A DNA stretch of 41,902 nucleotides from the NCBI GenBank assembly GCA_964345515.1, contig CAYFRX010000002.1:1-41902 (forward strand), read 5' to 3'. This stretch comes from an uncultured Rhodothermales bacterium (lineage in GTDB: Bacteria > Bacteroidota > Rhodothermia > Rhodothermales > Salinibacteraceae). Below are positions 8,618 through 17,942 of the stretch, piece after piece; within the stretch, counting starts at the first letter, position 1, and the number at the start of each line of letters is the position of its first letter. The notes beneath the pieces are model-generated. The model was given only the letters and a program-made list of their open reading frames with translations, searched no databases and had not been told where the DNA came from. Position numbers and translations under genes: made by a program.

Positions 8618-10009
8618 TCACGGAGTCTGGGCGGTTCCGGGGCCGGCGACGTCTTCCTGAAGCTCCTTGAGCTCCTCCGTGCTGAGGCCCAAATCGACCT
8701 CCAGTTCCTCGAGGGTCTTTCCTTTCGTCTCCGGCATGAGCAGCCAGACGAACACGAGCTGCAGCACCATCATGCCAGCAAAGAAGGCAAAGATCTGCGC
8801 GCCGGAAAAGGCCCCCAGGACCGTCGGCGTGAGGAGCGTAATGATTGCCGCGCCCACCCAGTGGGTCCCCGCTCCAAGCGACATCCCGTAGTCTCGCACG
8901 GAGTTGGGAAAGATCTCCGAGATGAAGACCCAGATCACTGCCCCCTGCCCCACGGCGTGCGACGCGATGAAGGCGCACACGAAGGCGACGACGATCGTGC
9001 CTTCCGCCCCCGTCATGAACGCCCAAGACACACCGCTCAACGAGGCAATGTACCCAAACGAGCCGGCGTACATCAACTTGGTGCGGCCCGCTCGGTCGAT
9101 GAGATACATGCCCAGTAGGGTGAACACGAGATTCACCACACCTAGCGGGACCGACGCGCTGAGCACCTCACTCGCGGCAACCCCCGCCTGCTCGAAGATG
9201 CGCGGCGCGTAGTAGAGGACAAAGTTGATCCCCGAGAATTGGTTGAAGAACGCGATCAGAAAGGCTAGGAAGATGGGAAACCGGAAGGTGGTCGAAAAAA
9301 ACTCAGAGAGGGGAATCTCCCGCGACACTGAGTTTCGAATGGCCGCGATCAACGCATCGACGTCCTCCTTCGGATTCAGCTTCTCCAGTAGGCTGCGCGC
9401 CGTCGGTTCGTCGCTTTTCCGGAGCAGCAGCCACCGCGGGCTCTCAGGCACACCCAGGACGGACAGCGCGTAGATCGCCGCCGGGATCGCTTCGACCCCG
9501 AGCATCCACCGCCAGGCGTTTTCGCCAAAGGACACGCCAATCGCGTAGTTGGAGAGATAGGCGATGAGAATACCGAACACGATGTTGAACTGGTACAGCG
9601 CTACCAGCTTCCCACGGCTACGGGCCGGGGTGATCTCAGAGATGTAGATGGGCGCGGCCACCGAGGAGGCGCCGACGCCCAATCCGCCGATAAACCGGGA
9701 GACCGAAAAGATGTACGGGTTCGGAGCCAGCGCCGAGCCGAGCGCTGACGCCAGATACAATACGCCGATCCAAAACAGCGTGCGGCGGCGCCCATATCGG
9801 TCGCACGGAATCCCACCGAAGAGCGCGCCGATGACGGTGCCCCACAGCGCCATCGACATGATGAACGTCCCGTGGAAGAGATCGCTCATCTGCCAGACCT
9901 CTTGAATCGGCCGGTCGGCTCCTGAAATTACAATGGTATCAAACCCAAACAGGAAGCCGGCCAGCGAGGCCACGATTGCACTGAAGAGAACCGACCGATG
10001 CGTGTTCAT
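8618..10009 (-). CDS. MFS sugar porter (sugar:H+ symporter family)
   Basis: Sugar-porter signatures GRRRTLF, PESPRWLL and PETKGKTLEELE, with multiple hydrophobic spans. I moved the start to ATG 10009 (MNTHRSVLFSAIV...). The track start at 10081 is a GTG that adds 24 non-membrane residues. Confidence 0.88.
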   Translation of the reverse strand: MNTHRSVLFSAIVASLAGFLFGFDTIVISGADRPIQEVWQMSDLFHGTFIMSMALWGTVIGALFGGIPCDRYGRRRTLFWIGVLYLASALGSALAPNPYIFSVSRFIGGLGVGASSVAAPIYISEITPARSRGKLVALYQFNIVFGILIAYLSNYAIGVSFGENAWRWMLGVEAIPAAIYALSVLGVPESPRWLLLRKSDEPTARSLLEKLNPKEDVDALIAAIRNSVSREIPLSEFFSTTFRFPIFLAFLIAFFNQFSGINFVLYYAPRIFEQAGVAASEVLSASVPLGVVNLVFTLLGMYLIDRAGRTKLMYAGSFGYIASLSGVSWAFMTGAEGTIVVAFVCAFIASHAVGQGAVIWVFISEIFPNSVRDYGMSLGAGTHWVGAAIITLLTPTVLGAFSGAQIFAFFAGMMVLQLVFVWLLMPETKGKTLEELEVDLGLSTEELKELQEDVAGPGTAQTP

Positions 10010-10087
10010 GACGTTGGATGGGTCGTCTGAATGAAACGGTAAGCGTCCGTGCGGAAGGCCGTCGGGGGGCTGGATGAACACACGGCC

Positions 10088-11017
10088 TCAGGGCAGCTCC
10101 GAAGCAGTCGATGAGGCCGAATCGGGGGCTTCGGGATTGCGCGTCGGCTGCGGGAGCGCGTCGAGACCCGGGTAGCTGGGCGTCGGTCCCATCTGGGTGG
10201 CGACGTACGCGCCCAACCGGGACGCGTCGTCTAGGATGGCGGCATCATCTCGACCGGCGAGGTAGCCAGCGAGCAGTCCAGCCAGAAACGCATCGCCGGC
10301 CCCCACCGTGTCGGCGACCGTGACCGCGTGACCAGGGTGCTCGGTCCACTGGCCGTCGTTCCACAGCATGGCGCCGTGCTTCCCGCGCGTCACGCAAACG
10401 GCCGCGATGTCGAATTGCGTTGCCAGTGCTTCCACGGCCGCCCGGGGCGCAGCAGCGACGTCGAACCATTCCATCATCTGCGCCAACTCCTCATCGTTCA
10501 TTTTGACGAGATTCGCGGCGCGCAACGATTGCCCGACGATCGCGCGATCCACGAACGGTGGGCGCAGGTTCACGTCGAACACCGCGTGCGCCGTGGAGGC
10601 CCACAGCGCCTGGATCGTTTCGCGGGAGGGGCTCCGGCGCTGGGCCAGACTGCCAAACACCAACGCGTCGGCCTGCTGAGCCGCGGCGTGAAGCGCTTTC
10701 GTAGACTCGATTTCATCCCACGCGGCCGGCTCCACGATCGTGTAATCGGGCGTGCCCTCTGCATCGAGCGCCACTTCCACAAATCCCGTCTGGAAGGTGG
10801 TATCCCGTTGAATCACATCGTCTCGCATCCCGCGATGCCGGATTCGGCGAAGCGCTTCGTGGCCGAGCACGTCATCCCCCACGCGGCTCGCCATAGTCAC
10901 CTCTCCGCCGAGTTGGTGCAGGTGGCACGCCACATTGAAGGGCGCCCCGCCCAAAAAGAGACCCATGGGCAGCGCATCCCACAGCACCTCACCTACACAA
11001 AGGATCGAGTGCGCCAT
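10088..11017 (-). CDS. PfkB-family carbohydrate kinase, probable fructokinase
   Basis: Motifs GGAPFNVA and DTVGAGDAF. Start at ATG 11017 (MAHSILCVGEVLWD). Lies between the GH32 gene and the sugar porter on the same strand. Confidence 0.85.
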   Translation of the reverse strand: MAHSILCVGEVLWDALPMGLFLGGAPFNVACHLHQLGGEVTMASRVGDDVLGHEALRRIRHRGMRDDVIQRDTTFQTGFVEVALDAEGTPDYTIVEPAAWDEIESTKALHAAAQQADALVFGSLAQRRSPSRETIQALWASTAHAVFDVNLRPPFVDRAIVGQSLRAANLVKMNDEELAQMMEWFDVAAAPRAAVEALATQFDIAAVCVTRGKHGAMLWNDGQWTEHPGHAVTVADTVGAGDAFLAGLLAGYLAGRDDAAILDDASRLGAYVATQMGPTPSYPGLDALPQPTRNPEAPDSASSTASELP

Positions 11018-11070
11018 GATGGATCGAATCAGAAAGTTGGAAGCAAATGCCACATACCGTGAGGGCTAAC

Positions 11071-12660
11071 TTAGCGCTCACGCCAGATAGAGCGCAAGTT
11101 CCACACGTCCATTGCCACGAGGCGCGCGTCGCCACCCTCGACGTACAGTGCCACGTCCTGGCTTTCCGGTTCGGGGAAGATGCGGTCGGTGATGACCGTA
11201 TACCCGTCGTTGGCGAACAGCTCCACCGAGGACCAGTCGACGAAAAGATGAAGCTTCACGCGACCGTCTTTCAGCGGCAGGGGACCGTCGTGGCGACCGG
11301 CAAAGTCGGCACTGAAGTCGTCGATGCCGGAACGGGAGCGATCGATGTAGACTTCTTCAGCGTGTACATCGTACGCGACGAGGGTTTCCTCCGTCCCGCC
11401 CATGCGCACCTTGAGACCCACCTCATCGGCCGTGCCCACCTCGAACTCAGCGACGATTTCCAGGGCCCGCCCACTGATGCCATCGCCCCCCAGCGAGTGG
11501 GTCCCTTCGGAAAGCGTCCGATCGGTGATGCGGTTGTGCATGTCGCGGAGCTGTTGCAACTCCTGGACGGGCTGCTGCACGAGCCGGACCCCATCGTCGG
11601 TGGAGCGCAGGGCCAGCGTGCGCGGGATGCTCTGGGCGCTCCGCCACGGATGGGTGGGAATGGCCTGCCCGTACTGCCAATTGTTCATCCACCCGACCCA
11701 GATGTGCCGCCCGTCATCGGCCGGGATGTTGGCCCAATCGATGGCCGCGTAAAAATCTTTCCCGTAATCCACCCAATTTACCTCATCGACGTCGGCCGCG
11801 TCGGTGCGGGTGAACGTGGTGCCGTCAAAGTCGCCGATGAAGTACTGCCCGCCGGAGCCGCCCGCTACCGAGCCCGGATTCAGGTCGACCTGCAGCACCC
11901 AGCGCGTGTCGTTGGGATCGCCGTCCACCGAGAGCCGAAACAGGTCGGGGCACTCCCAGATGCCGCCCGTGGCGCCGGCCGGCCCGAACGTACTCATGAA
12001 CGTCCAGTCGATCAGGTTGGGCGACTCGTAGAACTGCACCTCGTAGGCGGTAGGCAGCGCGACGACCATGACCCACTTCTCGTCGGGCGCGTACCAGAAC
12101 ACGTTCGGGTCGCGGAAATTCTCTCGACCGATGTCGAGCACCGGATTCTCGTCGTAGAGGGTCCACGTCCGACCGCGGTCGGTGCTGTACGCAATGTGTT
12201 GCGACTGGTTGTCGGCTTGGTGCCCCGTGTAGATGGCCACCATCGGCGGGGTGTCGGCCGTGCCGAGCCCGCTCGTATTGTTGTGATCGACCACCGCGCT
12301 TCCGCTGAACGCCATGATGCCGTCCGTCTCGGGCACGGCCACCGGCAGGTGCGTCCAGTGAACCAGGTCAGTGCTCACAGCGTGGCCCCAGCTCATGTGC
12401 CCCCACTGGATGCCGTACGGGTTATACTGGTAGAAGAGGTGATACTCGCCGTCGTAGTAGACCAGCCCGTTCGGGTCGTTCATCCAATTCATCGCCGGCG
12501 AGAAGTGAAGCTGCGGCCGCTGCGGCTCGGTGTACGTCGGCCCATAGGACGCCGCCTGTTGCGCTCGCGCTCCGCCTGTGAGCAAGACGCTCCCGAGCGA
12601 GAGAACGAGCAGGATGGTCAGCAGGTGAGACGATGCTATCTTGGGTCGGTCTATAGCCAT
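11071..12660 (-). CDS. Secreted GH32 beta-fructofuranosidase (levanase/inulinase/invertase type)
   Basis: All three GH32 catalytic motifs are present: WMNDPNGLVYYDGEYHLFYQYNP, FRDPNVFW and IWECPDLF. ATG 12660 gives a signal-like N-terminus (MAIDRPKIASSHLLTILLVLSLGSVLLTGGARAQQ). The track start at 12906 looks over-extended. Confidence 0.92.
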   Translation of the reverse strand: MAIDRPKIASSHLLTILLVLSLGSVLLTGGARAQQAASYGPTYTEPQRPQLHFSPAMNWMNDPNGLVYYDGEYHLFYQYNPYGIQWGHMSWGHAVSTDLVHWTHLPVAVPETDGIMAFSGSAVVDHNNTSGLGTADTPPMVAIYTGHQADNQSQHIAYSTDRGRTWTLYDENPVLDIGRENFRDPNVFWYAPDEKWVMVVALPTAYEVQFYESPNLIDWTFMSTFGPAGATGGIWECPDLFRLSVDGDPNDTRWVLQVDLNPGSVAGGSGGQYFIGDFDGTTFTRTDAADVDEVNWVDYGKDFYAAIDWANIPADDGRHIWVGWMNNWQYGQAIPTHPWRSAQSIPRTLALRSTDDGVRLVQQPVQELQQLRDMHNRITDRTLSEGTHSLGGDGISGRALEIVAEFEVGTADEVGLKVRMGGTEETLVAYDVHAEEVYIDRSRSGIDDFSADFAGRHDGPLPLKDGRVKLHLFVDWSSVELFANDGYTVITDRIFPEPESQDVALYVEGGDARLVAMDVWNLRSIWRER

Positions 12661-13228
12661 TCTTCGGAGTATCCCAAGTGGTTTCAGGTTGAACGGTTGG
12701 AAGGGTGCAGGTTGAAATCGGCTCACTATTGTCGCGCCGTCCGCAGTATTTGCCAGTTTGGAATACACGATACGCATCAGGCCTCCAAGATACACGCGTC
12801 TCGTTTCGGTTTGCATCGGAATCCCCAGTCCATCGTACGACGGCATGTAGTCGTTCGCTCTGCACTCGATGGCATTCGTGAGGATCCGTCCTACACCGGA
12901 CGGCAACGATCCCCCGCTGCGGCGCTGCTCGGAAATGTGTACGTTGCCGCATCGACCAATGATACGTACGCCGCTCCTCGCATCTGGAACGCTCTTTTAT
13001 ATTTTACTTGAGTAATATATTACAAATGACTACATGGATGCTGGCCTTGCAATCCGAACTACATTGATTCCCATGAACGCTCTTATCCCTTTTCGTCCGC
13101 TCTCGATTGATCCATCCCTCTTTGTGAATAAACGACAAACCTCCGAAACCTATCCACTACTTCGATATATAGTAGGACGCAGTTAAGTTGTTATTACATG
13201 ACCCGACATTAATACAGAGGCCAACGCC
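12661..13228. promoter_or_regulatory. Divergent control region between the GH32 operon (minus) and the sulfur cluster (plus); its 3' half is conspicuously A/T-rich and motif-dense
   Basis: No credible ORF. Contains these elements:
- CAGGTTGAA x2 (12685-12693 and 12708-12716)
- GAACGCTCTT x2 (12987-12996 and 13075-13084)
- the perfect 12-bp palindrome GTAATATATTAC (13012-13023)
- ACTACATNGAT x2 (13029-13039 and 13058-13068)
- TAAGTTGT (13184-13191), about 38 nt before the yeeE-like ATG. Confidence 0.6.
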
Positions 13229-13792
13229 ATGATCGAGATGCTCTCCCAGACCTGGCCCTGGTACGTAGCCGGGCCGCTCATTGGCCTTCTCGTTCCCCTG
13301 TTACTTCTCGTCGGCGGCAAGCAGTTTGGCATCTCGGCCAACTTGCGCCACATGTGTGCCGCCACCCTCCCCGGTCAAATCGAGTTTTTGCAGTACGATT
13401 GGAAGAAGAGCGGTATCTGGAATCTCACCTTCGTGGTGGGCGTCGTCCTTGGTGGCTTCCTGGCGGCCATGCTGCTTCCGCACCCTGACGCCGTCATCGG
13501 CATCTCGTCGGGCGCTATGGCAGAGCTCCGCGCGCTCGGCATCAGCGACTTCACGGGCCTGCTGCCCACCGAACTCTTCAACTGGAGCAGCCTGGCCACG
13601 CTGCCGGGCTTCGTGATGATCGTCGGCGGGGGCTTCCTCGTCGGCTTCGGCGCCCGCTACGCCGGCGGCTGTACGTCCGGCCATGCCATCAGCGGACTGG
13701 CCGACCTGCAGTTCCCGTCGCTGGTGGCTGTCGTCGGCTTCTTCATCGGCGGCCTGTTCGTGACGTATGTCTTGCTGCCGCTGTTGCTTTAG
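13229..13792 (+). CDS. YeeE/YedE-family sulfur-compound transporter, half-size subunit (PmpA-like)
   Basis: 187-aa polytopic membrane protein. N-terminus WPWYVAGPLIGLLVPLLLLVGGKQFGISANL and the conserved Cys motif YAGGCTSGHAISG are typical of the YeeE/YedE (sulphur transport) family. Confidence 0.8.
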   Translation: MIEMLSQTWPWYVAGPLIGLLVPLLLLVGGKQFGISANLRHMCAATLPGQIEFLQYDWKKSGIWNLTFVVGVVLGGFLAAMLLPHPDAVIGISSGAMAELRALGISDFTGLLPTELFNWSSLATLPGFVMIVGGGFLVGFGARYAGGCTSGHAISGLADLQFPSLVAVVGFFIGGLFVTYVLLPLLL

Positions 13793-13847
13793 GATGCTGC
13801 CTGCCCCCTTTGCTTGCCCTCGTGAGATAAGATTCTTCTGACTGATT

Positions 13848-14345
13848 ATGAGCACAACGACCCAACCATCGACCTCGACAACGCAGCAGGCCGCGACTGC
13901 CTCCGCACCGGACGCCTCGATTCGACCCGGGGGGCTGCTCATCTACTTGCTGTTCGGCATCTTCTTCGGCATCATCTTGGTCAAGAGTGAGGTCCTCTCT
14001 TGGTTTCGCATCCAAGAGATGTTCCGCTTTGAGAGCTTCCACATGTATGGCATCATAGGAAGTGCCATTGCTGTGGCCGCCGCGTCCATCCAGATCATCA
14101 AGCGGTTTGACGTGAAAACGTTCGGGGGCGAGCCGATTTCGATCAACCCCAAGGTCTGGGGCGAAGGCTACCGGTACTGGATCGGCGGCATCCTCTTCGG
14201 GCTCGGCTGGGCCTTGCTGGGCGCTTGCCCGGGGCCGATGTTCGCCCTGATTGGAGCGGGCTACCCGATCATCCTAGTGGCCCTGTTCAGTGCCTTGCTG
14301 GGCACCTGGGCCTACTCGTACCTGCGCCCCAAGCTGCCGCACTAA
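13848..14345 (+). CDS. YeeE/YedE-family transporter, second half-size subunit (PmpB-like)
   Basis: 165-aa membrane protein with the motif WALLGACPGPMFALIGAG. Paired immediately downstream of the first half, as in split YeeE/YedE systems. Confidence 0.75.
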   Translation: MSTTTQPSTSTTQQAATASAPDASIRPGGLLIYLLFGIFFGIILVKSEVLSWFRIQEMFRFESFHMYGIIGSAIAVAAASIQIIKRFDVKTFGGEPISINPKVWGEGYRYWIGGILFGLGWALLGACPGPMFALIGAGYPIILVALFSALLGTWAYSYLRPKLPH

Positions 14346-14430
14346 CCGCGCAGCCTATCGGCCGGCATTACGTCGTTCGTTTTACATCCGCACTCTTTCA
14401 CGCACAACGATAAATTACGAGGTACCGACC

Positions 14431-15882
14431 ATGCTATTCCGACAAATATTCGACGAGAAGCTCGCGCAGTACGCTTACCTCATCGGCTGCCAGGAAACGG
14501 GCGAGGCGGTCGTGATCGACCCCGAGCGCGACATTGACCAGTATGTGGAAATGGCCGAGGAGGAAGGGCTCCAGATTGTGGCCGTCACGGAAACCCACAT
14601 CCATGCCGACTTCCTGTCGGGCGCCCGCGAGTTCGCCGAGCGCTTCGACACCAAGCTTTACCTCTCGGACGAAGGCGATAAAGACTGGAAGTACGAGTGG
14701 GTCAAGGAGCCCAAGCAGAGCGGCGGCGCGTATGACTACACGCTGCTCCACGATGGCGACACCTTCACGGTCGGCAACATCGAAGTGCAGGCCGTCCACA
14801 CACCGGGCCACACGCCCGAGCACCTCTCGTTCCTGATCACTGACAAGGGCGGCGGCGCCACCGAGCCGATGGGCATCGTGACCGGGGACTTCGCGTTCGT
14901 GAACGACCTGGGCCGCCCGGACCTCCTGGAGTCGGCCGCGAAGATGGAGGGCGTGATGGAGCCGTCCGCTCGCACGCTGTTCGATTCCGTGCAGCGCTTC
15001 CTCGACATGCCGGACTACCTGCAGGTGTGGCCGGCTCACGGCGCCGGATCAACGTGCGGCAAAGCGCTAGGCGCCGTCCCGCAGACGACGATCGGCTACG
15101 AGAAGAAGTACAATCCGATGATCGGCGCGGCCCAGGAAGGCAAAGACGCGTTCGTCGATGCCATCCTCGCGGGCCAGCCCGAGCCGCAGATGTACTTCGC
15201 CCGCATGAAGCGCGACAACAAGCTCGGCGCTCCGGTACTCGGCAAGCTCCCGCAACCGCAGAAGCTGACCGTGGCCGAGTTGCGCGAGCACGCAGACAAT
15301 GAGGAGTCGCTGATCGTCGACACGCGCATCGACCGCTCCGCCTTTATGGAGCATCACATTCCGGGGAGTTTGTATGCGCCGATGAACAAGACCTTCAACA
15401 TGGTGGTGGGCTCGCTCGTCGTGGATGAAACGACGCCGCTCGTGCTCATCATTGACGAGAACGACGTAGAGGAAGCCGTGCGTGACCTCATCCGGATCGG
15501 CTACGATAACGTAGCGGGCTTCGTAACGGTAGAAACCCTGCAGCGCTTCTTCGCGAAGGGCGGTCCCTCGGAGTCGATCGAAGAGATCAATTTTGAGGAC
15601 CTGGAGGCGCTCCGCAGCGAGGCGAACACCGAAGTGGTGGACGTCCGCTTCCGTTCGGAGTATGACTCCGCGCACGTGCCGGATGCCCGGAACGCCTCGT
15701 ACACGCGTCTGCCGGAGTACGAAGCCGACCTGCCCACGGACAAGACGCTCCTCGTCCACTGCGGCAGTGGCGCCCGGGCCGCGGCAGCCAGTGCCTTCCT
15801 CCGCCGCACCGGCCGCACGGTGAAGTACGTGAACGACGCCTTCGACAACTACGCGGCGTCCAAGCAACCGGTGACGGCCTAG
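14431..15882 (+). CDS. CstB-like persulfide dioxygenase (MBL fold) fused to two rhodanese domains
   Basis: Start at ATG 14431 (MLFRQIFDEKLAQYAYLIGCQETGEAVVIDP). MBL metal motifs ETHIHADFLSG, HTPGHTPEH and WPAHGAGS. The C-terminal rhodanese has the active-site loop VHCGSGARA. The N-terminal 47 aa of the track ORF overlap the previous gene and are unlikely to be real. Confidence 0.85.
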   Translation: MLFRQIFDEKLAQYAYLIGCQETGEAVVIDPERDIDQYVEMAEEEGLQIVAVTETHIHADFLSGAREFAERFDTKLYLSDEGDKDWKYEWVKEPKQSGGAYDYTLLHDGDTFTVGNIEVQAVHTPGHTPEHLSFLITDKGGGATEPMGIVTGDFAFVNDLGRPDLLESAAKMEGVMEPSARTLFDSVQRFLDMPDYLQVWPAHGAGSTCGKALGAVPQTTIGYEKKYNPMIGAAQEGKDAFVDAILAGQPEPQMYFARMKRDNKLGAPVLGKLPQPQKLTVAELREHADNEESLIVDTRIDRSAFMEHHIPGSLYAPMNKTFNMVVGSLVVDETTPLVLIIDENDVEEAVRDLIRIGYDNVAGFVTVETLQRFFAKGGPSESIEEINFEDLEALRSEANTEVVDVRFRSEYDSAHVPDARNASYTRLPEYEADLPTDKTLLVHCGSGARAAAASAFLRRTGRTVKYVNDAFDNYAASKQPVTA

Positions 15883-15911
15883 CATTGAGCCTGCTGGTGA
15901 TCCGAACGCCC

Positions 15912-15947
15912 CCGGAGGCGCTGTCCCACGCAGGGCAGCGCCTCCGG
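15912..15947 (+). other. GC-rich hairpin with a perfect 12-bp stem between the cstB-like and sulP genes (attenuator, terminator or RNA-stability element)
   Basis: CCGGAGGCGCTG (15912-15923) is the exact reverse complement of CAGCGCCTCCGG (15936-15947). CCC/GGG pairing continues inside the loop. No T tract follows. Confidence 0.5.
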
Positions 15948-16020
15948 CGTGTGCGGCCGACTGGCTTGCTCTACGCGCCCATTGCTCGCGTCCCCCCAAC
16001 CTGTCGAACGCGTTTGTCTT

Positions 16021-17751
16021 ATGCACCGCCTTCGCCAATTCATTCCGCTCCTTGAACAGCTTGCTCAATACGACCGCGAGCAGCTGCAGGGTGACCTCTC
16101 GGCCGGCCTCACCGTCGGCGTCATGCTGATTCCACAGGGCATGGCGTACGCGCTCATCGCCGGCCTGCCGCCCATCTACGGGCTGTACGCAGCGCTCGTG
16201 CCGCTCGTGGCGTATGCCTTGTTCGGCACGTCGCGCCAGTTGGCGGTGGGCCCGGTGGCCATGGTGTCGCTTCTCGTGGCCGCGAGCGTGGGTCCCATCG
16301 CAGGCGGGGACACGGAGCGGTACATCGCCCTCACCCTCATGATCTCGGTGATGGTCGGTCTCTTTCAGTTCATCCTGGGCGTCGCGCGGTTCGGCTTTTT
16401 GGTCAACTTCCTCTCGCACCCCGTGCTCAGCGGATTTACCTCTGCCGCCGCGCTCATCATCGGGCTCAGCCAGCTGAAGCACCTGCTGGGCGTCGATATT
16501 CCGCGCTCCAATTACATCCACGAGATCCTGATGAACGCTTACCAGCAGGTGGGCGCCGTCGACCCGGCGACCCTGGCGCTCGGTCTCGGCAGTATAGCGC
16601 TGCTCATCGGACTCAAGCGATGGAAGAAGGCCTTTCCCGGCGCGCTCGTTGCCGTGGCAGTTACTACGGGGGCCGTCTGGGCCTTTGGGCTGCACCAGAA
16701 CGGGGTGGCCATCGTAGGCGACGTGCCGCAGGGCCTGCCAGGCTTCTTTCTCCCCAGCTTTGAGCTGGACACCATCCAGTCCTTGATTCCGGCCACGCTG
16801 ACCATCGCGCTCGTGGGGTTCATGGAGTCCATCGCCGTGGCCAAAGTGTACGCCTCCCGCCACCGCTACGAAGTGGATGCCAACAAGGAACTGATCGGCC
16901 TGGGCTTGGCTAACCTGCTCGGCGCCTTCTTCCGCGCCTACCCCACGACTGGCGGCTTCTCGCGGACCGCGGTGAACGACCAAGCCGGCGCACGGACCAA
17001 CCTAGCCGCCATCTTCAGCGCTGGCGTCATCGCGTTGACGCTCTTACTGCTGACGCCGCTGTTCTACTACATGCCGAATGCCGTCCTCGCTGCCATCGTG
17101 ATGGTGGCCGTCTCCGGGTTGGTGGATGTCGATGAGGCCCGCTACCTGTGGCGCGTGGACCGGAAGGACTTCGGGCTGATGATGCTGACGGCGGCGGCCA
17201 CGCTGGCTTTGGGGATTGAGGAAGGCATCCTGGTCGGCGTCATCGTGTCGCTGATTGCGATCATCCACGAGATTTCACAACCGCACACGGCAGTCGAGGG
17301 CCGGCTGCCCGGCACGGAAACCTACCGCAACCTCCAGCGGAATCCAGACGCCCTGACACGGGCCAGTGTGGTGGTCGTACGGATGGACGCTTCGCTGTCG
17401 TTTGCCAATGCGACGACGTTCAAAGATTTGATCATGGAGCTCGACATCCAAGACCCGGAGCTCCGCGCCGTGGTGATCAACATGTACCCCGTGAACCGGG
17501 TTGACTCTACCGGAGCGCACACGCTGCACGAGATCATCGAAGACTGCCGGCGCAACGATGTGGATGTCTACTTCGCGGGGGTGAAAGGCCCTGTCAAAGA
17601 CGCGCTGGAGCGCGCGGGCGTGATGGATAAAGCCGGGGCCGACCACCTCTTCCACGAGGTGCACGATGCGGTGGAAGCCGCCTCCGACGAAGCCTCAACA
17701 ACCATTCGTGAGGAGCAGGTCCGTTCGCAAGAAGCCGTTCCCTCTTCCTGA
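16021..17751 (+). CDS. SulP-family anion permease with a C-terminal STAS domain
   Basis: Start at ATG 16021 (MHRLRQFIPLLEQLAQYDREQLQGDLSAGLTVGVMLIPQGMAYALIAGLPPIYGLY). Many transmembrane segments. The C-terminal STAS-like region is VVVVRMDASLSFANATTFKD ... VYFAGVKGPVKDALERAG. Confidence 0.9.
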   Translation: MHRLRQFIPLLEQLAQYDREQLQGDLSAGLTVGVMLIPQGMAYALIAGLPPIYGLYAALVPLVAYALFGTSRQLAVGPVAMVSLLVAASVGPIAGGDTERYIALTLMISVMVGLFQFILGVARFGFLVNFLSHPVLSGFTSAAALIIGLSQLKHLLGVDIPRSNYIHEILMNAYQQVGAVDPATLALGLGSIALLIGLKRWKKAFPGALVAVAVTTGAVWAFGLHQNGVAIVGDVPQGLPGFFLPSFELDTIQSLIPATLTIALVGFMESIAVAKVYASRHRYEVDANKELIGLGLANLLGAFFRAYPTTGGFSRTAVNDQAGARTNLAAIFSAGVIALTLLLLTPLFYYMPNAVLAAIVMVAVSGLVDVDEARYLWRVDRKDFGLMMLTAAATLALGIEEGILVGVIVSLIAIIHEISQPHTAVEGRLPGTETYRNLQRNPDALTRASVVVVRMDASLSFANATTFKDLIMELDIQDPELRAVVINMYPVNRVDSTGAHTLHEIIEDCRRNDVDVYFAGVKGPVKDALERAGVMDKAGADHLFHEVHDAVEAASDEASTTIREEQVRSQEAVPSS

Positions 17752-17942
17752 ATCAGGTCCCTCTGGCCGCGGACTCGCCGGCCCGATGCGCTTGCCCGAA
17801 CGGTACGCTCCGTCTTCTCCTTGCCCGCTCGAATTCATGCGGGCTCTGCTAAAACCGGCCCGGGCGCGCAGGATCGCTCCTCCCCCGCCGGACGTTGGGA
17901 CGCCCTCCAACGCATCACTTTTTCATTGCCCCTCCTGCACGT

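Noticed and set aside
11047-13011. 654-aa plus-strand ORF
   Set aside because: Antisense to the GH32 gene, which has all three catalytic motifs intact. It runs into the intergenic region and has an Arg/Val/Gly/His-rich shadow composition.
12960-13228. Looked for a SAM- or sulfur-related riboswitch in the A/T-rich leader of the sulfur cluster
   Set aside because: The CTTATC-like string at about 13082 does not extend into the SAM-I consensus. The region reads more like protein-binding repeats than a folded aptamer.
15067-16983. 638-aa minus-strand ORF
   Set aside because: Antisense to the cstB-like rhodanese region and to sulP. It has shadow-ORF composition and no recognisable domain.
17893-17912. 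Weak hairpin CGTTGG-N8-CCAACG followed by a TTTTT tract, between sulP and the porin gene
   Set aside because: The stem is only 6 bp and lies 30 nt before the porin ATG. That is too weak to call a terminator, and it may be part of the porin leader.
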